Positions 39,934 to 50,929 are shown, counted from the first letter of the stretch. The stretch: DNA of 64,000 bases from an uncultured Saprospiraceae bacterium (GCA_964195515.1 CAXMQO010000101.1:45092-109091); one strand, 5' to 3'. Notes: generated by a model from the letters alone, not told the origin. Program-made: numbers and translations.

Positions 39934-41091
39934 GTGGAAACCGCTGTGATCGTCGATGCCGTCCGCACACCGATGGGGAAACGGAACGGATCCCTCGCCG
40001 AGTGGCACCCGGTCGACCTCGCTGCCGAGACGCTCACCGCTCTCGCGGAGCGCAACAGCCTCGACCCATCCCTCGTCGACGACGTGATCATGGGGTGTGT
40101 CTCCCAGGTCGGTGAGCAGACGTTCAATGTCGGACGCAATGCGGCGCTCGCAGCCGGGTGGCCCGAGACGGTGCCGGGCGTCACCATCGATCGGCAATGC
40201 GGATCGAGCCAGCAGGCGGCACACTTCGCGGCTCAGGGCGTCATGGCCGGTGTCTACGACGTCGTAGTGGCAGCCGGCGTCGAGTCGATGACCCGCGTAC
40301 CTATGGGAATCTCCTTCTCGCAAGGTCCCGGGAAGCCGTTCGGGCCGAAGATGTCGACCCGATACGACCATCGACTGGTCCCGCAGGGGATTTCGGCAGA
40401 GATGATCGCAGAGCGATGGTCGCTGACCCGTGAAGATCTCGACCAGATTGCGCATGACTCGCAGATGAGGGCACACCGGGCCACCGAACAGGGTCGGTTC
40501 GAGTCCCAGATCGTTCCCATCGAAGTCAAGGGACACGACGGGCCGGTGACTCTGGATGGCGGAATCCGACCGTCGACGACCGTCGAGGTCCTCGGCGGCC
40601 TGAAACCGGTCTTCAAGGAGGATGGTGTTGTCACCGCCGGCAACTCGTCGCAGATCACCGATGGTGCGGCTGCCGTCCTCATCATGAGTGAGACCAAAGC
40701 CAGGGAACTCGGTCTGGCCCCCCGGGCGACCTTCAAAGGGTTCTCGGTCGTAGGGACGGACCCCGTCACAATGCTCACCGGCCCCATCCCCGCCACCGAG
40801 GTGGTGTTGACCAAGGCCGGTCTCTCAATAGAGGACATCGGCCTGTTCGAAATCAACGAGGCGTTCGCATCCGTGGTTGGGGCCTGGCTACACGAAACCG
40901 GAGCCGACTGGGAACGGGTGAACGTGAACGGCGGAGCGATCGCCCTTGGTCACCCGCTCGGAGCGTCGGGGGCACGACTGATGACGACGCTGCTCCACGA
41001 GATGGAGCGTACCGGCACGCGCTACGGCCTTCAGGCGATGTGCGAAGGCGGAGGCACCGCCAACGGCACGATCCTCGAACTCGTCGGCTGA
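39934..41091 (+). CDS. Acetyl-CoA C-acetyltransferase (thiolase II)
   Basis: Thiolase active-site Cys (QCGSSQQA), NEAFASV, and C-terminal GGAIALGHPLGASGARL, CEGGG. GTG at 39934 after GAGGGAGGA RBS. The ORF track start would overlap the tRNA. Confidence 0.85.
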   Translation: METAVIVDAVRTPMGKRNGSLAEWHPVDLAAETLTALAERNSLDPSLVDDVIMGCVSQVGEQTFNVGRNAALAAGWPETVPGVTIDRQCGSSQQAAHFAAQGVMAGVYDVVVAAGVESMTRVPMGISFSQGPGKPFGPKMSTRYDHRLVPQGISAEMIAERWSLTREDLDQIAHDSQMRAHRATEQGRFESQIVPIEVKGHDGPVTLDGGIRPSTTVEVLGGLKPVFKEDGVVTAGNSSQITDGAAAVLIMSETKARELGLAPRATFKGFSVVGTDPVTMLTGPIPATEVVLTKAGLSIEDIGLFEINEAFASVVGAWLHETGADWERVNVNGGAIALGHPLGASGARLMTTLLHEMERTGTRYGLQAMCEGGGTANGTILELVG

Positions 41092-41093
41092 GC

Positions 41094-41324
41094 GTGGAGA
41101 TCGCGATCGCCGTCGTCGTGGGTGTGGTGATCTTCGTCACGACGGTCGCCATCGTGCGGATGATCGCGAACGGGCCACCCCCCGAACCGGATCCAGACGC
41201 CGTTCACGAGGTCGCAACCGACTACCGATGCTCCGTGTGCGGGATGCGATTGACCGTTACTCATCTCCAAGACGGGGTGCCCGATCCACCGAAACACTGC
41301 CGCGAGGCGATGGATCTTGTCTAG
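41094..41324 (+). CDS. Small membrane-anchored protein with C-terminal CxxC...HC motif
   Basis: GTG immediately after the thiolase stop. One TM helix, then YRCSVCGMRLTV...PKHCREA zinc-ribbon-like region. Confidence 0.35.
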   Translation: MEIAIAVVVGVVIFVTTVAIVRMIANGPPPEPDPDAVHEVATDYRCSVCGMRLTVTHLQDGVPDPPKHCREAMDLV

Positions 41325-41461
41325 GTGCTCTGCGAACCCCGCGCTCGCAGAGGCGATCGAGTGCTCTCCCAGCCAACAGAACAGACGGCGGTCTTCCGCT
41401 GTGATCCCTCGGTCCACGTCCGGGTCTGTCCTCGGATGCAGGAGAAAGGTCCGCAGCGTAC

Positions 41462-41719
41462 CTAGCGGTAGTTGAGGGTCATCGCGAAGCCGATCCCGAT
41501 CATCGCCAGGCCTCCGAGCAGGTAGAGATTCGACGTCCCTCCCGGCAGGAGGCCCATGTAGTTGATCAGGATCGCCACGATCCCGACGGCCATGAGGCCG
41601 AACATCGTGGCGACGTACCAGGTCGGCGATGAGCCCTTGTTCTCCACCTGACTGACGGCAGGCTTCTTGGGTGGGGTTGGTCGCTTGTTGGCTTGCTTGC
41701 GGCCTTTCGAAACTGGCAT
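41462..41719 (-). CDS. crgA: Cell division protein CrgA
   Basis: Basic N-terminus then two TM helices WYVATMFGLMAVGIVAILINYM / LLGGLAMIGIGFAMTLNYR, typical of actinobacterial CrgA. Sits near ileT-alaT as in mycobacteria. Confidence 0.7.
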   Translation of the reverse strand: MPVSKGRKQANKRPTPPKKPAVSQVENKGSSPTWYVATMFGLMAVGIVAILINYMGLLPGGTSNLYLLGGLAMIGIGFAMTLNYR

Positions 41720-41796
41720 GGGAGAAGCGTAGTCATCCACGGCTCCCATCCCAACGAGAGAACGGTCGCCGTTGTGTAGTCCCGTCGGTACGCTGA

Positions 41797-42594
41797 GTGA
41801 CTATGGACGACTCGATGACCACACCGGTGGAGACGTCGGCCTCCCGCTCAAGGGGGGTTCTGACGCGTGTCGTTCGAGTCGCTGGATGGACGAGCATCGT
41901 TATAGGGGTTCTCATCCTCGGATTCGTCGTCCAACAGCTCTTCGTCACGACATGGTTTGCGCAGCAGCATCAGACGGCCCTGACCGAAGAGGCAGAAGAG
42001 CACTTCGCCGCCGCAGAGATCAGCGAGGTCGGCTACGTACCGCCGCCACCTGTCGGGGGCCCGGGGGAGGGCACCGTCACTCCTGGAGCAGGGGGATCGT
42101 CGACCGACGAGGGAGGTCCGCTGGTTCCGAAGAAGCGGACCCTTCTCGTCGAATCGACCCCCGAGAAGGGGAGCGCGTTCGCCGTCATCCGCATCCCCAC
42201 GATCGACCGCCTCAAAGACGGATGGGCGGTTGTCGAGGGAGTCGAACTTCGCAACCTGAAGAACGGGGCCGGTCACATGCCGCATACGCCGCTTCCGGGT
42301 CTGCCAGGCAACACGGTCATCTCGGGGCATCGGACCACCTATGGGGCTCCGTTCCACGAGATCGACGAATTGGTGCCGGGCGATGTCATCGAGATCGATA
42401 CGGCCCTCGGTACCCACACCTACGAGGTGCGCGAGACCCTCATCGTCCGGCCAACCGAGTTGTGGGTCACCGAACCCCGGGACGGGGCATGGCTCACCCT
42501 CACGACCTGTCATCCGAAGTTCTCGTCACGACAGCGGCTGATTGTGTTCGCTGAACTCGTCGACGGTCCCAACTGGGAGGCGATCTACGCATGA
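41797..42594 (+). CDS. Class E sortase (transpeptidase)
   Basis: N-terminal TM anchor; catalytic His in ISGHRTTYG, Cys in LTLTTCHP, and downstream Arg. Confidence 0.75.
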   Translation: MTMDDSMTTPVETSASRSRGVLTRVVRVAGWTSIVIGVLILGFVVQQLFVTTWFAQQHQTALTEEAEEHFAAAEISEVGYVPPPPVGGPGEGTVTPGAGGSSTDEGGPLVPKKRTLLVESTPEKGSAFAVIRIPTIDRLKDGWAVVEGVELRNLKNGAGHMPHTPLPGLPGNTVISGHRTTYGAPFHEIDELVPGDVIEIDTALGTHTYEVRETLIVRPTELWVTEPRDGAWLTLTTCHPKFSSRQRLIVFAELVDGPNWEAIYA

Positions 42595-42736
42595 AACAGT
42601 GGTTCCTTGGACTACCCGGACCTATGCCGCTCAAGGTCGTCGGCGCCGCCGCGGTGGCGATCACTGCGATCGTGGTGCTCTTCTTCGTCTATGACTGGAT
42701 CGGGATCAACATGCTCGACAGCGGCGGCACGATCGG

Positions 42737-42740
<4 letters not shown>
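42591..42740 (+). CDS. 49-aa hydrophobic peptide translationally coupled between sortase and trpG
   Basis: ATGA overlap at both ends. MKQWFLGLPGPMPLKVVGAAAVAITAIVVLFFVYDWIGINMLDSGGTIG. Confidence 0.35.
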
Positions 42741-43309
<569 letters not shown>

Positions 43310-44143
43310 CTACTCAGATATCCGGTAGAGACTGTGCGAATCCCGGATTACCAACTGTTCGGCCATCAGGTCTACGAGGGCCGTCTCCACCTGGGCTGTC
43401 CGAAAACCGGTCTGTTGGACAATGTCGAGAAGAGTGGCTTCGCGTCTGACAAGCGAGCGGACGATGGCGCCGCGCAATTGTCGAGCAGATCCCTCGAAAC
43501 GACCTTGAGCGGATTTGGGGGCGTACGAAGCCGGACCGGAACACCAGTCCTTGACGGGACAAACACCACATCGGGGCATCTTCGAAACGCATGTAGTTGC
43601 GCCGAGGTCCATCATGGCCTGGTTCCAGTCCGCAGCAGGATCTCCGAGAGCGAGCGCCGCCACTGCGTCAAGAGCTGCACCGAGCAGGGGTTCGCCGTGC
43701 CACCGGCTCAGGATCCTCGTCAGATTCGTATCGACGGCAGGAACGCGAGAGCCGAAAGCGAACGACGCGACGGCCGCAGCGGTGTAGGGACCGACGCCGG
43801 GCAGGGTTGCGAGGCCGTCCGGCGTTGTGGGCCACCCTGACTCGTTGATCATCCGCGCGGCCTCCCGCAACCGGAGGGCTCGGGAGTTGTACCCGAGCCC
43901 CGACCATGCGTCGAGAACGGTCTGCAGCGGAGCGGCGGCAAGAACGTCGACCGAGGGGAATCGATCGACGAAACGCCGATAGAAGGGGACGACGCGCGCC
44001 GCCTGGGTCTGCTGCAGCATCATCTCTGAGACGAGGATGCGGTAGGGATCTGTGTCGCCCCGCCACGGGAGGGAACGCCGACCGGGTTCGTACCACGCGA
44101 ACAGCGCCGTGTTGCGTTCCTGCTCGATTGAGACGGCCGTCAC
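43310..44143 (-). CDS. Adenine DNA glycosylase-like HhH-GPD protein with 4Fe-4S cluster loop (MutY/Nth family, no NUDIX domain)
   Basis: HhH-GPD (LPGVGPYTAAAV), and FeS cluster cysteines CVSKMPRCGVCPVKDWC. The start overlaps the pknB stop. Confidence 0.7.
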   Translation of the reverse strand: MTAVSIEQERNTALFAWYEPGRRSLPWRGDTDPYRILVSEMMLQQTQAARVVPFYRRFVDRFPSVDVLAAAPLQTVLDAWSGLGYNSRALRLREAARMINESGWPTTPDGLATLPGVGPYTAAAVASFAFGSRVPAVDTNLTRILSRWHGEPLLGAALDAVAALALGDPAADWNQAMMDLGATTCVSKMPRCGVCPVKDWCSGPASYAPKSAQGRFEGSARQLRGAIVRSLVRREATLLDIVQQTGFRTAQVETALVDLMAEQLVIRDSHSLYRISE

Positions 44144-46266
44144 GGCGTCGTGGTCGGTGGCGTCGTGGTCGGTGGCGTCGTGGTTGGTGGCGCGGCCTTG
44201 CCGAGGAAGAGTCCAACGTCCGAGCCGTCATCGACGGCCGTACCGGCAATAGGGTCCTGATCGACGACTGTGCCGACGAGCGCCGGATCACCGACCTCGA
44301 TCTCACCGAGGAATATCGCGATCAGGCCGGCGTTGGAAGCCTTCGTCTCAGCCTCGGCCTGGGTGTCGCCCAGGAAGCTCGGGACCGCGACCTGACGCAG
44401 GACACCGATCTTCACCTCGACCTCTGTGCCCGAATCCACGGTCTCGCCTGATTCCGGAGTCTGCTCGGCTACAAGTCCTGCGAGCCCGCTGACCGCGGTC
44501 ACGTCAACCGTACCGGAGTTGGTGAGGATGAGACCTGCGTTCTCAGCGGTTGTGGTCGCCACCCCGATCGTCTTGCCGACGAGGTTCGGGACCGATGTCG
44601 GCTCGGGGCCCGTGGAAACCCACACGGTGATGGTGTCGTCTCGACCCACTACCCGCCCCGCCTCGGGGTCGGTTCGAATCGTGAACCCTGCCGCGATATC
44701 GGAGGAGAACTCCTCGTCGGTCACGACATTCGTGAAACCCGCTTCTGCGAGCTCGAGTTGGGCATTCTCCGCAGACATGCCTGAGGTGTCCGGTACCTCG
44801 AGGGAGAAGGGGCCCTTGGAGACAACGAGATCAACGAGTGTGCCAGATGCGGCCGGGGTACCACCAGATGGGCTTTGCGATATCACGGTCTGTTCTGCAA
44901 CATCCTCGGAGAGGGTGTATTCGACGAGTCCGACCTGGAAGCCCTGTGCCCCGATCAGAGCCCTGGCCACCTCTTCAGTCTCGCCGATCACCTGCGGGAC
45001 CGTGAACTGCTCGATCCCTGCGGATTCGATCAGGGTCACGAACGACCCCTTCTCCACTTCGGTGCCGGCGACCGGCTCGGTGTCGATGACAACACCCTGA
45101 GGGACCGTCTCGCTGTTCTCAAGACGACTCAACACCTTGAGATCAAGCTCCTGGAGTGCCCTGGACGCCGCCTCCGTTTCCACGAGCTTCAAGTCGGGGA
45201 TGGTCACCAGGTCCGTGGAGACGCCGCCACCGGTGAAGAGACGGAACAGGATGAACACGCCGACGGCAAGCAGCGCTAGAAGGGCGATGACGGCGGCGAC
45301 GTAGGTGCCTTGGCCGCTCGTGCGGTCCTCGGTCTGGTATGCGACGGCCCGAGCGGTCTCGTCCGGTGGGACGGTTGCCGGTGGGGGTACGAGAGCAGTG
45401 GCTGCGGCCGCCGCCGCTGCACCGACGACGACGGGCTGGCGTCCGGAGAGGAAGAGGAGCAGGTCTGAGCGCAGGTCCGCCGCTGTGTCGTATCGATCGT
45501 CGGGGTTCTTGCCCATCGCAGCTTCGACGACCGCGGAGAGTTCAAGCGGGACGTCCGAATTGACCCGGGTGACGGGAGGGGCGTACTCCGAGACATGTTG
45601 GTAGGCCACGGCCACGGGGCTATCCCCGGTGAACGGAGGGCGTGCCGCCAGCATCTCGTACAACACAACACCGAGCGAGTAGACGTCCGAACGGCCGTCC
45701 GCAGGCAGACCCTGAGCCTGTTCCGGGGAGAAGTAGGTTGCGGTGCCAATGACGGCGCCGGTCTTCGTCAGTTCCTCGGAGTCGTCGAGTGCCCTTGCGA
45801 TACCGAAGTCGGTCACCTTGACGGCGCCGTCGTGCGTGATCATGATGTTGCCGGGCTTGATGTCCCGATGGACCACGCCGGCCTGGTGTGCGACGGTGAG
45901 CGCGGCAGAGGCTTCGGCGGCGATCTCGGCAGCTCTTCGCGGGAACAGCGCTCCCTCCGACTTGAGAATCTCGCGCAGGGTTCGACCCTCGATCAATTCC
46001 ATGACCATGTAGTAGGTCGAGCCTTCCTGACCCCAGTCGTAGATGGCCACGATGTTGGGGTGACTCAGATTTGCTGCGGCCTGGGCTTCCCGTTTGAACC
46101 GCGTGACGAAGGCTTGATCCGAGGCGAAATTGGCATGGAGGATCTTCACCGCTACCCGTCGGTTGAGCAGGGTGTCTTCAGCCTCGTACACATCGGCCAT
46201 CCCACCTCGTGCGAGGTGGGAGAGGAGCCGGTACCGGTCGGAGAGAACGCGATCTTGCATGGTCAA
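44140..46266 (-). CDS. pknB: Ser/Thr protein kinase PknB with four PASTA domains
   Basis: Kinase motifs VAVKIL, HRDIKPGN, DFG. TM helix. Four PASTA repeats. C-terminal (PTTTP)x3. Confidence 0.9.
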   Translation of the reverse strand: MTMQDRVLSDRYRLLSHLARGGMADVYEAEDTLLNRRVAVKILHANFASDQAFVTRFKREAQAAANLSHPNIVAIYDWGQEGSTYYMVMELIEGRTLREILKSEGALFPRRAAEIAAEASAALTVAHQAGVVHRDIKPGNIMITHDGAVKVTDFGIARALDDSEELTKTGAVIGTATYFSPEQAQGLPADGRSDVYSLGVVLYEMLAARPPFTGDSPVAVAYQHVSEYAPPVTRVNSDVPLELSAVVEAAMGKNPDDRYDTAADLRSDLLLFLSGRQPVVVGAAAAAAATALVPPPATVPPDETARAVAYQTEDRTSGQGTYVAAVIALLALLAVGVFILFRLFTGGGVSTDLVTIPDLKLVETEAASRALQELDLKVLSRLENSETVPQGVVIDTEPVAGTEVEKGSFVTLIESAGIEQFTVPQVIGETEEVARALIGAQGFQVGLVEYTLSEDVAEQTVISQSPSGGTPAASGTLVDLVVSKGPFSLEVPDTSGMSAENAQLELAEAGFTNVVTDEEFSSDIAAGFTIRTDPEAGRVVGRDDTITVWVSTGPEPTSVPNLVGKTIGVATTTAENAGLILTNSGTVDVTAVSGLAGLVAEQTPESGETVDSGTEVEVKIGVLRQVAVPSFLGDTQAEAETKASNAGLIAIFLGEIEVGDPALVGTVVDQDPIAGTAVDDGSDVGLFLGKAAPPTTTPPTTTPPTTTP

Positions 46267-46374
46267 GGGAGAGGGTACTGATGGGAGGAGCTATGAGTGA
46301 GTTACGAGGGGACGAGCAGCAGGACACGAGCAGCAAGAACGAAGCAGGGTTACGCGGCGCTACTTGCTACTCGT

Positions 46375-47838
46375 CTACTTCAGGTATGTCTCGAACATCC
46401 TCGCTGCGATCGGGGCTGCTACCGAACCGCCGGATGCTGTCTCTCCGGCTGGCCCGCCGTCTTCGAGGACGATCGCGAGCGCGATCTGGCGTTCCCCGGG
46501 CTCTGGATCGACGGGAGCGAATCCGACGAACCAGACGTGGGGGGCCGACCCGGTGACCTCAGCCGTACCCGTCTTCCCGGCCACACGAACGCCCGGAACG
46601 GCGGCGTTGTGACCCGTTCCCGACAAAACGGCCTGCTCCATCAGATCCGAAAGGACGGCGGCAGTCGCGGGACTGATCGCCCGTCGCCACAGGGTCGGCT
46701 CGGTCGTCGACTCGATCTTCCCGTCATGAGTGAACACGTCACCAACGACGAAAGGAATCATGATGTTCCCATCGTTCGCGACCGCGGCAGCCACCAGTGC
46801 CATCTGGATCGGGGTTGCGCGGACGTCGCGCTGCCCGAGGGCGTTCTGTGCGGTGGCGGCCGGATCGTCGGCAAAGTCGACAGCTTCGGGCATCGTGGAG
46901 GCGAGCACCGGGAGGTCGTAGGGGATCTCCTGGTTGAATCCGAAGGCCTCGGCGGTAGCGGCGAGGGCATCACCGCCAACCTGCATGCCGAGGGCGCCGA
47001 ATGTCGTGTTGCAGGAGCGGATGAATGCCTCCGCGAGCGTGATCGAACGTCCGTCGGCGCACACGCCGTCGTCGTAGTTGTGGATGGTGGCGGAGGTTCC
47101 GGGGAGTTCGAGCGCCTCGGGGTCGGGGAACTCGGTTGAAGGACCGGCGATACCGGTCTCAAGCGCTGCAGCGGTTGTGACGATTTTGAATGTTGACCCG
47201 GGCGGATACGTTGTAGCGATCGTTCGGTGGAGGAGTGGGAGATCTGGATCCTCCTCGAGCAACTTCCCCGCTGGTCCGGTATTTGAGCCGACGAGCGAAT
47301 TGGGGTCGAATCCGGGTGTCGAGACACTCGCCAGGACGGCGCCGGTCGCCGGATCGAGAGCGATGATCGACCCGCGCGAGCCGTCGAGGGCGTCCACCGC
47401 GGCCTGCTGGAGTTCATCGTCGAACGTGAGACGGATGCCGCGGGGCCTTGGGTCTCCACCGAGGACGGCGTTCAGAACGCCAGAGATCGTCGAGTCGCGG
47501 TGGGAGACGAGATCTTGCTCTCGTGTCCGTTCGAGACCCCGGGACCCGAACAGGACCGACACGTAGCCGGCCGTGTGTGCGTAGCGATCGGCCGTTGGAT
47601 AGACGCGGGTGAACGTCTGAGAATCCACAGAACTCGGATCGGAGCGTCCCGCGACGACGGCGTCGTCGGTGATGATCGCTCCTCGTTCCCTCCCGACGCG
47701 CCACGCAGAGAGACGGGGGTTGCGCGGGTCGTCGCGGTATCCGGGTCCGGCGACGAACTGGATCCATGTCGTCGCGAGGACAAGCGCGAGGAACCCTGCG
47801 AGAAGAGCCCACACAATTCGGCGTACGGGTGCGTTCAT
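46375..47838 (-). CDS. pbpA: Penicillin-binding protein A (class B transpeptidase)
   Basis: STFK, SCN and KTGT transpeptidase motifs. Confidence 0.85.
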   Translation of the reverse strand: MNAPVRRIVWALLAGFLALVLATTWIQFVAGPGYRDDPRNPRLSAWRVGRERGAIITDDAVVAGRSDPSSVDSQTFTRVYPTADRYAHTAGYVSVLFGSRGLERTREQDLVSHRDSTISGVLNAVLGGDPRPRGIRLTFDDELQQAAVDALDGSRGSIIALDPATGAVLASVSTPGFDPNSLVGSNTGPAGKLLEEDPDLPLLHRTIATTYPPGSTFKIVTTAAALETGIAGPSTEFPDPEALELPGTSATIHNYDDGVCADGRSITLAEAFIRSCNTTFGALGMQVGGDALAATAEAFGFNQEIPYDLPVLASTMPEAVDFADDPAATAQNALGQRDVRATPIQMALVAAAVANDGNIMIPFVVGDVFTHDGKIESTTEPTLWRRAISPATAAVLSDLMEQAVLSGTGHNAAVPGVRVAGKTGTAEVTGSAPHVWFVGFAPVDPEPGERQIALAIVLEDGGPAGETASGGSVAAPIAARMFETYLK

Positions 47839-49130
47839 GTGCGCTCCTCATGCGAGACGCGGCCCAGGAGGGCGGCGATCAACGCCGAGGCGAGGAGCGA
47901 AGAGCCCCCGTACGACATGAACGGCAATGTGATACCGGTGAGGGGGAGCAGACGGACGATGCCGGCGATGATCAGGAACGATTGGAGACCGAGGAGGATC
48001 GTGAGTCCTGCGGCCATGTACTTCCTGAAGCGATCTCTGGATCGCAGAGCAATGCCGAATCCCACGGTCGTAAGGAACGCGTACCCGGTGATGACGGCGA
48101 TCGACCCTGCGAGCCCGAGCTCCTCCGCTACGGCGGCGAACATGAAGTCCGTGGCCGCCGCAGGGATCAGATCGGGCCGACCAAGACCGAGACCCGATCC
48201 AGTCAGACTCCCGCTTCCCATGGCAAAGAGCCCCTGGACCGTCTGGTACCCGGCGCCGGTGTAGTCGGCAAACGGATCGATCCAAGCGGAGATCCGGACG
48301 CGGACGTGCGAGAACATGGTGTACGCGGCGATTGCGGCGACGCCGGTGATGACGAGTCCGGTACCGAGGTAGAAGCCCCTTCCGGTCGCGGCGTACAACA
48401 TCCCGATGAACAGCCCGAAGAGCAGCAACGATGCTCCGAGGTCTCGTTGGTAGACCAGGACCACGAATGCCACTCCGGCTGCGACGATGACGGGGCCGAG
48501 GTGGCGCGGCTCGGGGATTCTGAAGGGACCGACCTTGCGTGAGACCGTTGACATCGCCTCCGAGCGATCGGCGAGGTAGGACGCGAGGAAGACGGTGAGG
48601 AAGACCTTTGCCACCTCACCTGGTTGAAACGACAGGGCTCGGACGGCGAACGGCAGGTCGATGCGCACCCAGAGGCGTGAACCGTTGACGGTCGCACCGT
48701 GAATTGGCCACGTGCCCGGCAGGAGGGGGAGGAGGAGTAACACCATTGCGGCAGCGAGGAAGAGGTACCGGTACCGGCGAAGAACGGCGATTCCAGACGA
48801 CCGGAGCAGCCACACGACCGACGCACCTGCCACGCCGGCGAGGACGAGCCACCATCGCTGGAGGGCGGCGAGTTCGGGATCCAGGCGGAACACCTCGACG
48901 GAGCCGATGGCGGCTAGAAACGTAGCAATCGGCAGAAGAAGGGGATTCGCATTGGGCGCCCAGAGGCGGAATGAGACATGGAGGGATCCGAATGCGAGTG
49001 CAAACGATATGAACGTGAGAGCGACGGCGGCATCCAACCAGCCTCCGCCCGCGAACTGAACCATCGCGACTCCGACCGAAGCGAGCACCGTCCCGGCGAG
49101 GACGAACACCGCTTCGGTGTTTCGGGTCAT
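47835..49130 (-). CDS. rodA: SEDS family peptidoglycan glycosyltransferase RodA/FtsW
   Basis: Multi-TM SEDS protein in conserved pknB-cluster position. Confidence 0.85.
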   Translation of the reverse strand: MTRNTEAVFVLAGTVLASVGVAMVQFAGGGWLDAAVALTFISFALAFGSLHVSFRLWAPNANPLLLPIATFLAAIGSVEVFRLDPELAALQRWWLVLAGVAGASVVWLLRSSGIAVLRRYRYLFLAAAMVLLLLPLLPGTWPIHGATVNGSRLWVRIDLPFAVRALSFQPGEVAKVFLTVFLASYLADRSEAMSTVSRKVGPFRIPEPRHLGPVIVAAGVAFVVLVYQRDLGASLLLFGLFIGMLYAATGRGFYLGTGLVITGVAAIAAYTMFSHVRVRISAWIDPFADYTGAGYQTVQGLFAMGSGSLTGSGLGLGRPDLIPAAATDFMFAAVAEELGLAGSIAVITGYAFLTTVGFGIALRSRDRFRKYMAAGLTILLGLQSFLIIAGIVRLLPLTGITLPFMSYGGSSLLASALIAALLGRVSHEERT

Positions 49131-49846
49131 GCCCGGGCGTCGACCATGGCAACCGTGATGTTGTCGACCCCGCCTGCGCTGTTGGCGGCTTCGATGAGGT
49201 TCCAGATGGTCGCTTCAGGGTCATCTCCCGCTGTGACGATCCGACGGATGTCGTCGTTCTTGACCATCGAGGTGAGTCCGTCCGAGCAGAACACCAGGCG
49301 GTCTCCCTCCTCCAACGAGAGCGTTTCGCTCTCGATGGTGACCGGTCCGAGTCCCAGGGTGCGGGTCACCAGATGGCGCTGGGGATGCGTGTCGACATCG
49401 TCGGGATTGAGGTGGCCGAGGGCGACGAGTTCGGCCACGACGGTGTGATCGGTCGAGAGTTGGCGGAGTTCGTCGCCGCGGGCCAGATAGCAGCGGCTGT
49501 CACCGACGTGGGCTAGTTCGAGTGTGCCGTCATCGAGGAACCGGCCGAGTGTCATGGTGGTGCCCATCCCGGAAAGCTCCTGTTGTTCCCGGACTCGTTC
49601 GAGGATGGCTTCGTTGGCCGAGACAAGACGTTCAACTGTCTCGATGTCGGAATCGGGGGCGGCTTCGGTTGCCGTCGCGAGGGCGAGAGCGCTCGCGACG
49701 TTCCCTGCGACGTGGCCGCCCATCCCGTCGGCGACCGCGACGATGATCGGCCCGTTCCCGGCTCCGGAGGTCTCGGGGTACACCGAATCCTCATTCCGTT
49801 CGCGGATCCTGCCCTGGTGGGTGCCGGTCGCCCAGACGTATCTCAT
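49127..49846 (-). CDS. pstP: PP2C-family Ser/Thr phosphatase (cytoplasmic domain only)
   Basis: GTHQGRIRERNEDS, VADGMGGH, DGLTSMV motifs. Lacks the TM/extracellular part of mycobacterial PstP. Confidence 0.85.
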   Translation of the reverse strand: MRYVWATGTHQGRIRERNEDSVYPETSGAGNGPIIVAVADGMGGHVAGNVASALALATATEAAPDSDIETVERLVSANEAILERVREQQELSGMGTTMTLGRFLDDGTLELAHVGDSRCYLARGDELRQLSTDHTVVAELVALGHLNPDDVDTHPQRHLVTRTLGLGPVTIESETLSLEEGDRLVFCSDGLTSMVKNDDIRRIVTAGDDPEATIWNLIEAANSAGGVDNITVAMVDARA

Positions 49847-50259
49847 CTCACCTCGAGAATGGTCTTGCCGATCTGTACGGTATCGCCCCTGCCGGCCGGC
49901 GTCGGGACGGTGATGCGTCGACCGTTCACGTATGTGCCGTTCGTGCTTCCGAGGTCATGAACCGTCGTGCCGCCATCGTGTGTCTCGACCCTGGCGTGGA
50001 ATTCGGAAGCGTAGGGGTCGTCGATGACTACGTCCGCTTCGGGGCTGCGCCCGACCGTGTGCCCGGATGGTCTGAGACGGACGGTCGTTCCCTTCTTCGC
50101 ATCGCCGCGCAACACCACGAGTTCCTGTCCGCCCTTGGACCGCTTCGTCGACGGGCCGGTCCCGACGTGGCTCCGGATCGCCAGAGCGACCTGCCAGAGG
50201 AACAAGAAGATCAGGATCAAGAAGAGGATCTTCAGCCCGTTGAGAATCAGTGCAGGCAT
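49843..50259 (-). CDS. fhaB: FHA domain protein FhaB/FipA (TM + FHA)
   Basis: N-terminal TM helix; FHA motifs GRSPEADVVIDD...SxxH...GSTNGTYVNG. Confidence 0.75.
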   Translation of the reverse strand: MPALILNGLKILFLILIFLFLWQVALAIRSHVGTGPSTKRSKGGQELVVLRGDAKKGTTVRLRPSGHTVGRSPEADVVIDDPYASEFHARVETHDGGTTVHDLGSTNGTYVNGRRITVPTPAGRGDTVQIGKTILEVR

Positions 50260-50266
50260 CGGGGTC

Positions 50267-50929
50267 TCACAATGATCGGAAGATGAAGTCGATGTCGCCC
50301 ATCGTCACCATGTCGCCTGGGACAAGTGGGTGAGGATCGGTGCCGATCACTGCACCATTCACATGTGTGCCGTTTGCGGATGAGAGATCGGTAATGGTCA
50401 CCGCATGATCGGCCCGCACGATGATTGCCTGTTTTCGCGAAAGCTCCGGAACTGACACAACAACGTCGCTCTCCATCGCCCGACCGAGGATCGAGCGATT
50501 GTCGGAGAGCGCGACGACGAGCGGCGGTGACGCTGAGACGAGTTGGCCCCACGGATCGATCGGTCCCGGCTCGCTGGCTCCGGAGCAGTCGGCGAGGCCT
50601 CGCGGCACCGCAGCATCGGAGATGACTTCCACCGCAACGGGTCCGTTGATTCTCCATCCACGGTCCGCGGCGAACTCGGTGACGGCATGGGTGAGCTCCC
50701 GGTCGAGCTCCTTGAGATCGATCTCGGGAGGGAGATCGGATGGGTTGATCCGCAGAAGCCAGCGATTCGGAATCTCCGGACCTGCTTCTCCCTGGGTGAC
50801 GACGAAGTCGGCCTGTCGGATCAACCGATCGGCCATGTCAACAGGGTGCATCTTCCCGCGGAAGACCGCAGCGGACGCCCCATCGACCAGGCGTTCCAGG
50901 CGTCGTTCCATCTCGCGAGCGAGCTTCAT
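50267..50929 (-). CDS. fhaA: FhaA-like protein (DUF3662 N-domain + C-terminal FHA)
   Basis: N-terminus MKLAREMERRLERLVDG, and C-terminal FHA (SRKQAIIV...LSSANGTHVNG). The ORF track extension to 51142 overlaps tRNA-Leu. Confidence 0.75.
   Translation of the reverse strand: MKLAREMERRLERLVDGASAAVFRGKMHPVDMADRLIRQADFVVTQGEAGPEIPNRWLLRINPSDLPPEIDLKELDRELTHAVTEFAADRGWRINGPVAVEVISDAAVPRGLADCSGASEPGPIDPWGQLVSASPPLVVALSDNRSILGRAMESDVVVSVPELSRKQAIIVRADHAVTITDLSSANGTHVNGAVIGTDPHPLVPGDMVTMGDIDFIFRSL

Noticed and set aside
41848-42513. 221-aa ORF antisense to the sortase
   Set aside because: It overlaps the sortase gene with its catalytic TLTTC motif. There is no independent support for it.
47500-48264. 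254-aa plus-strand ORF across the pbpA/rodA junction
   Set aside because: It is antisense to two conserved cell-wall genes and has a R/G/D-rich composition.
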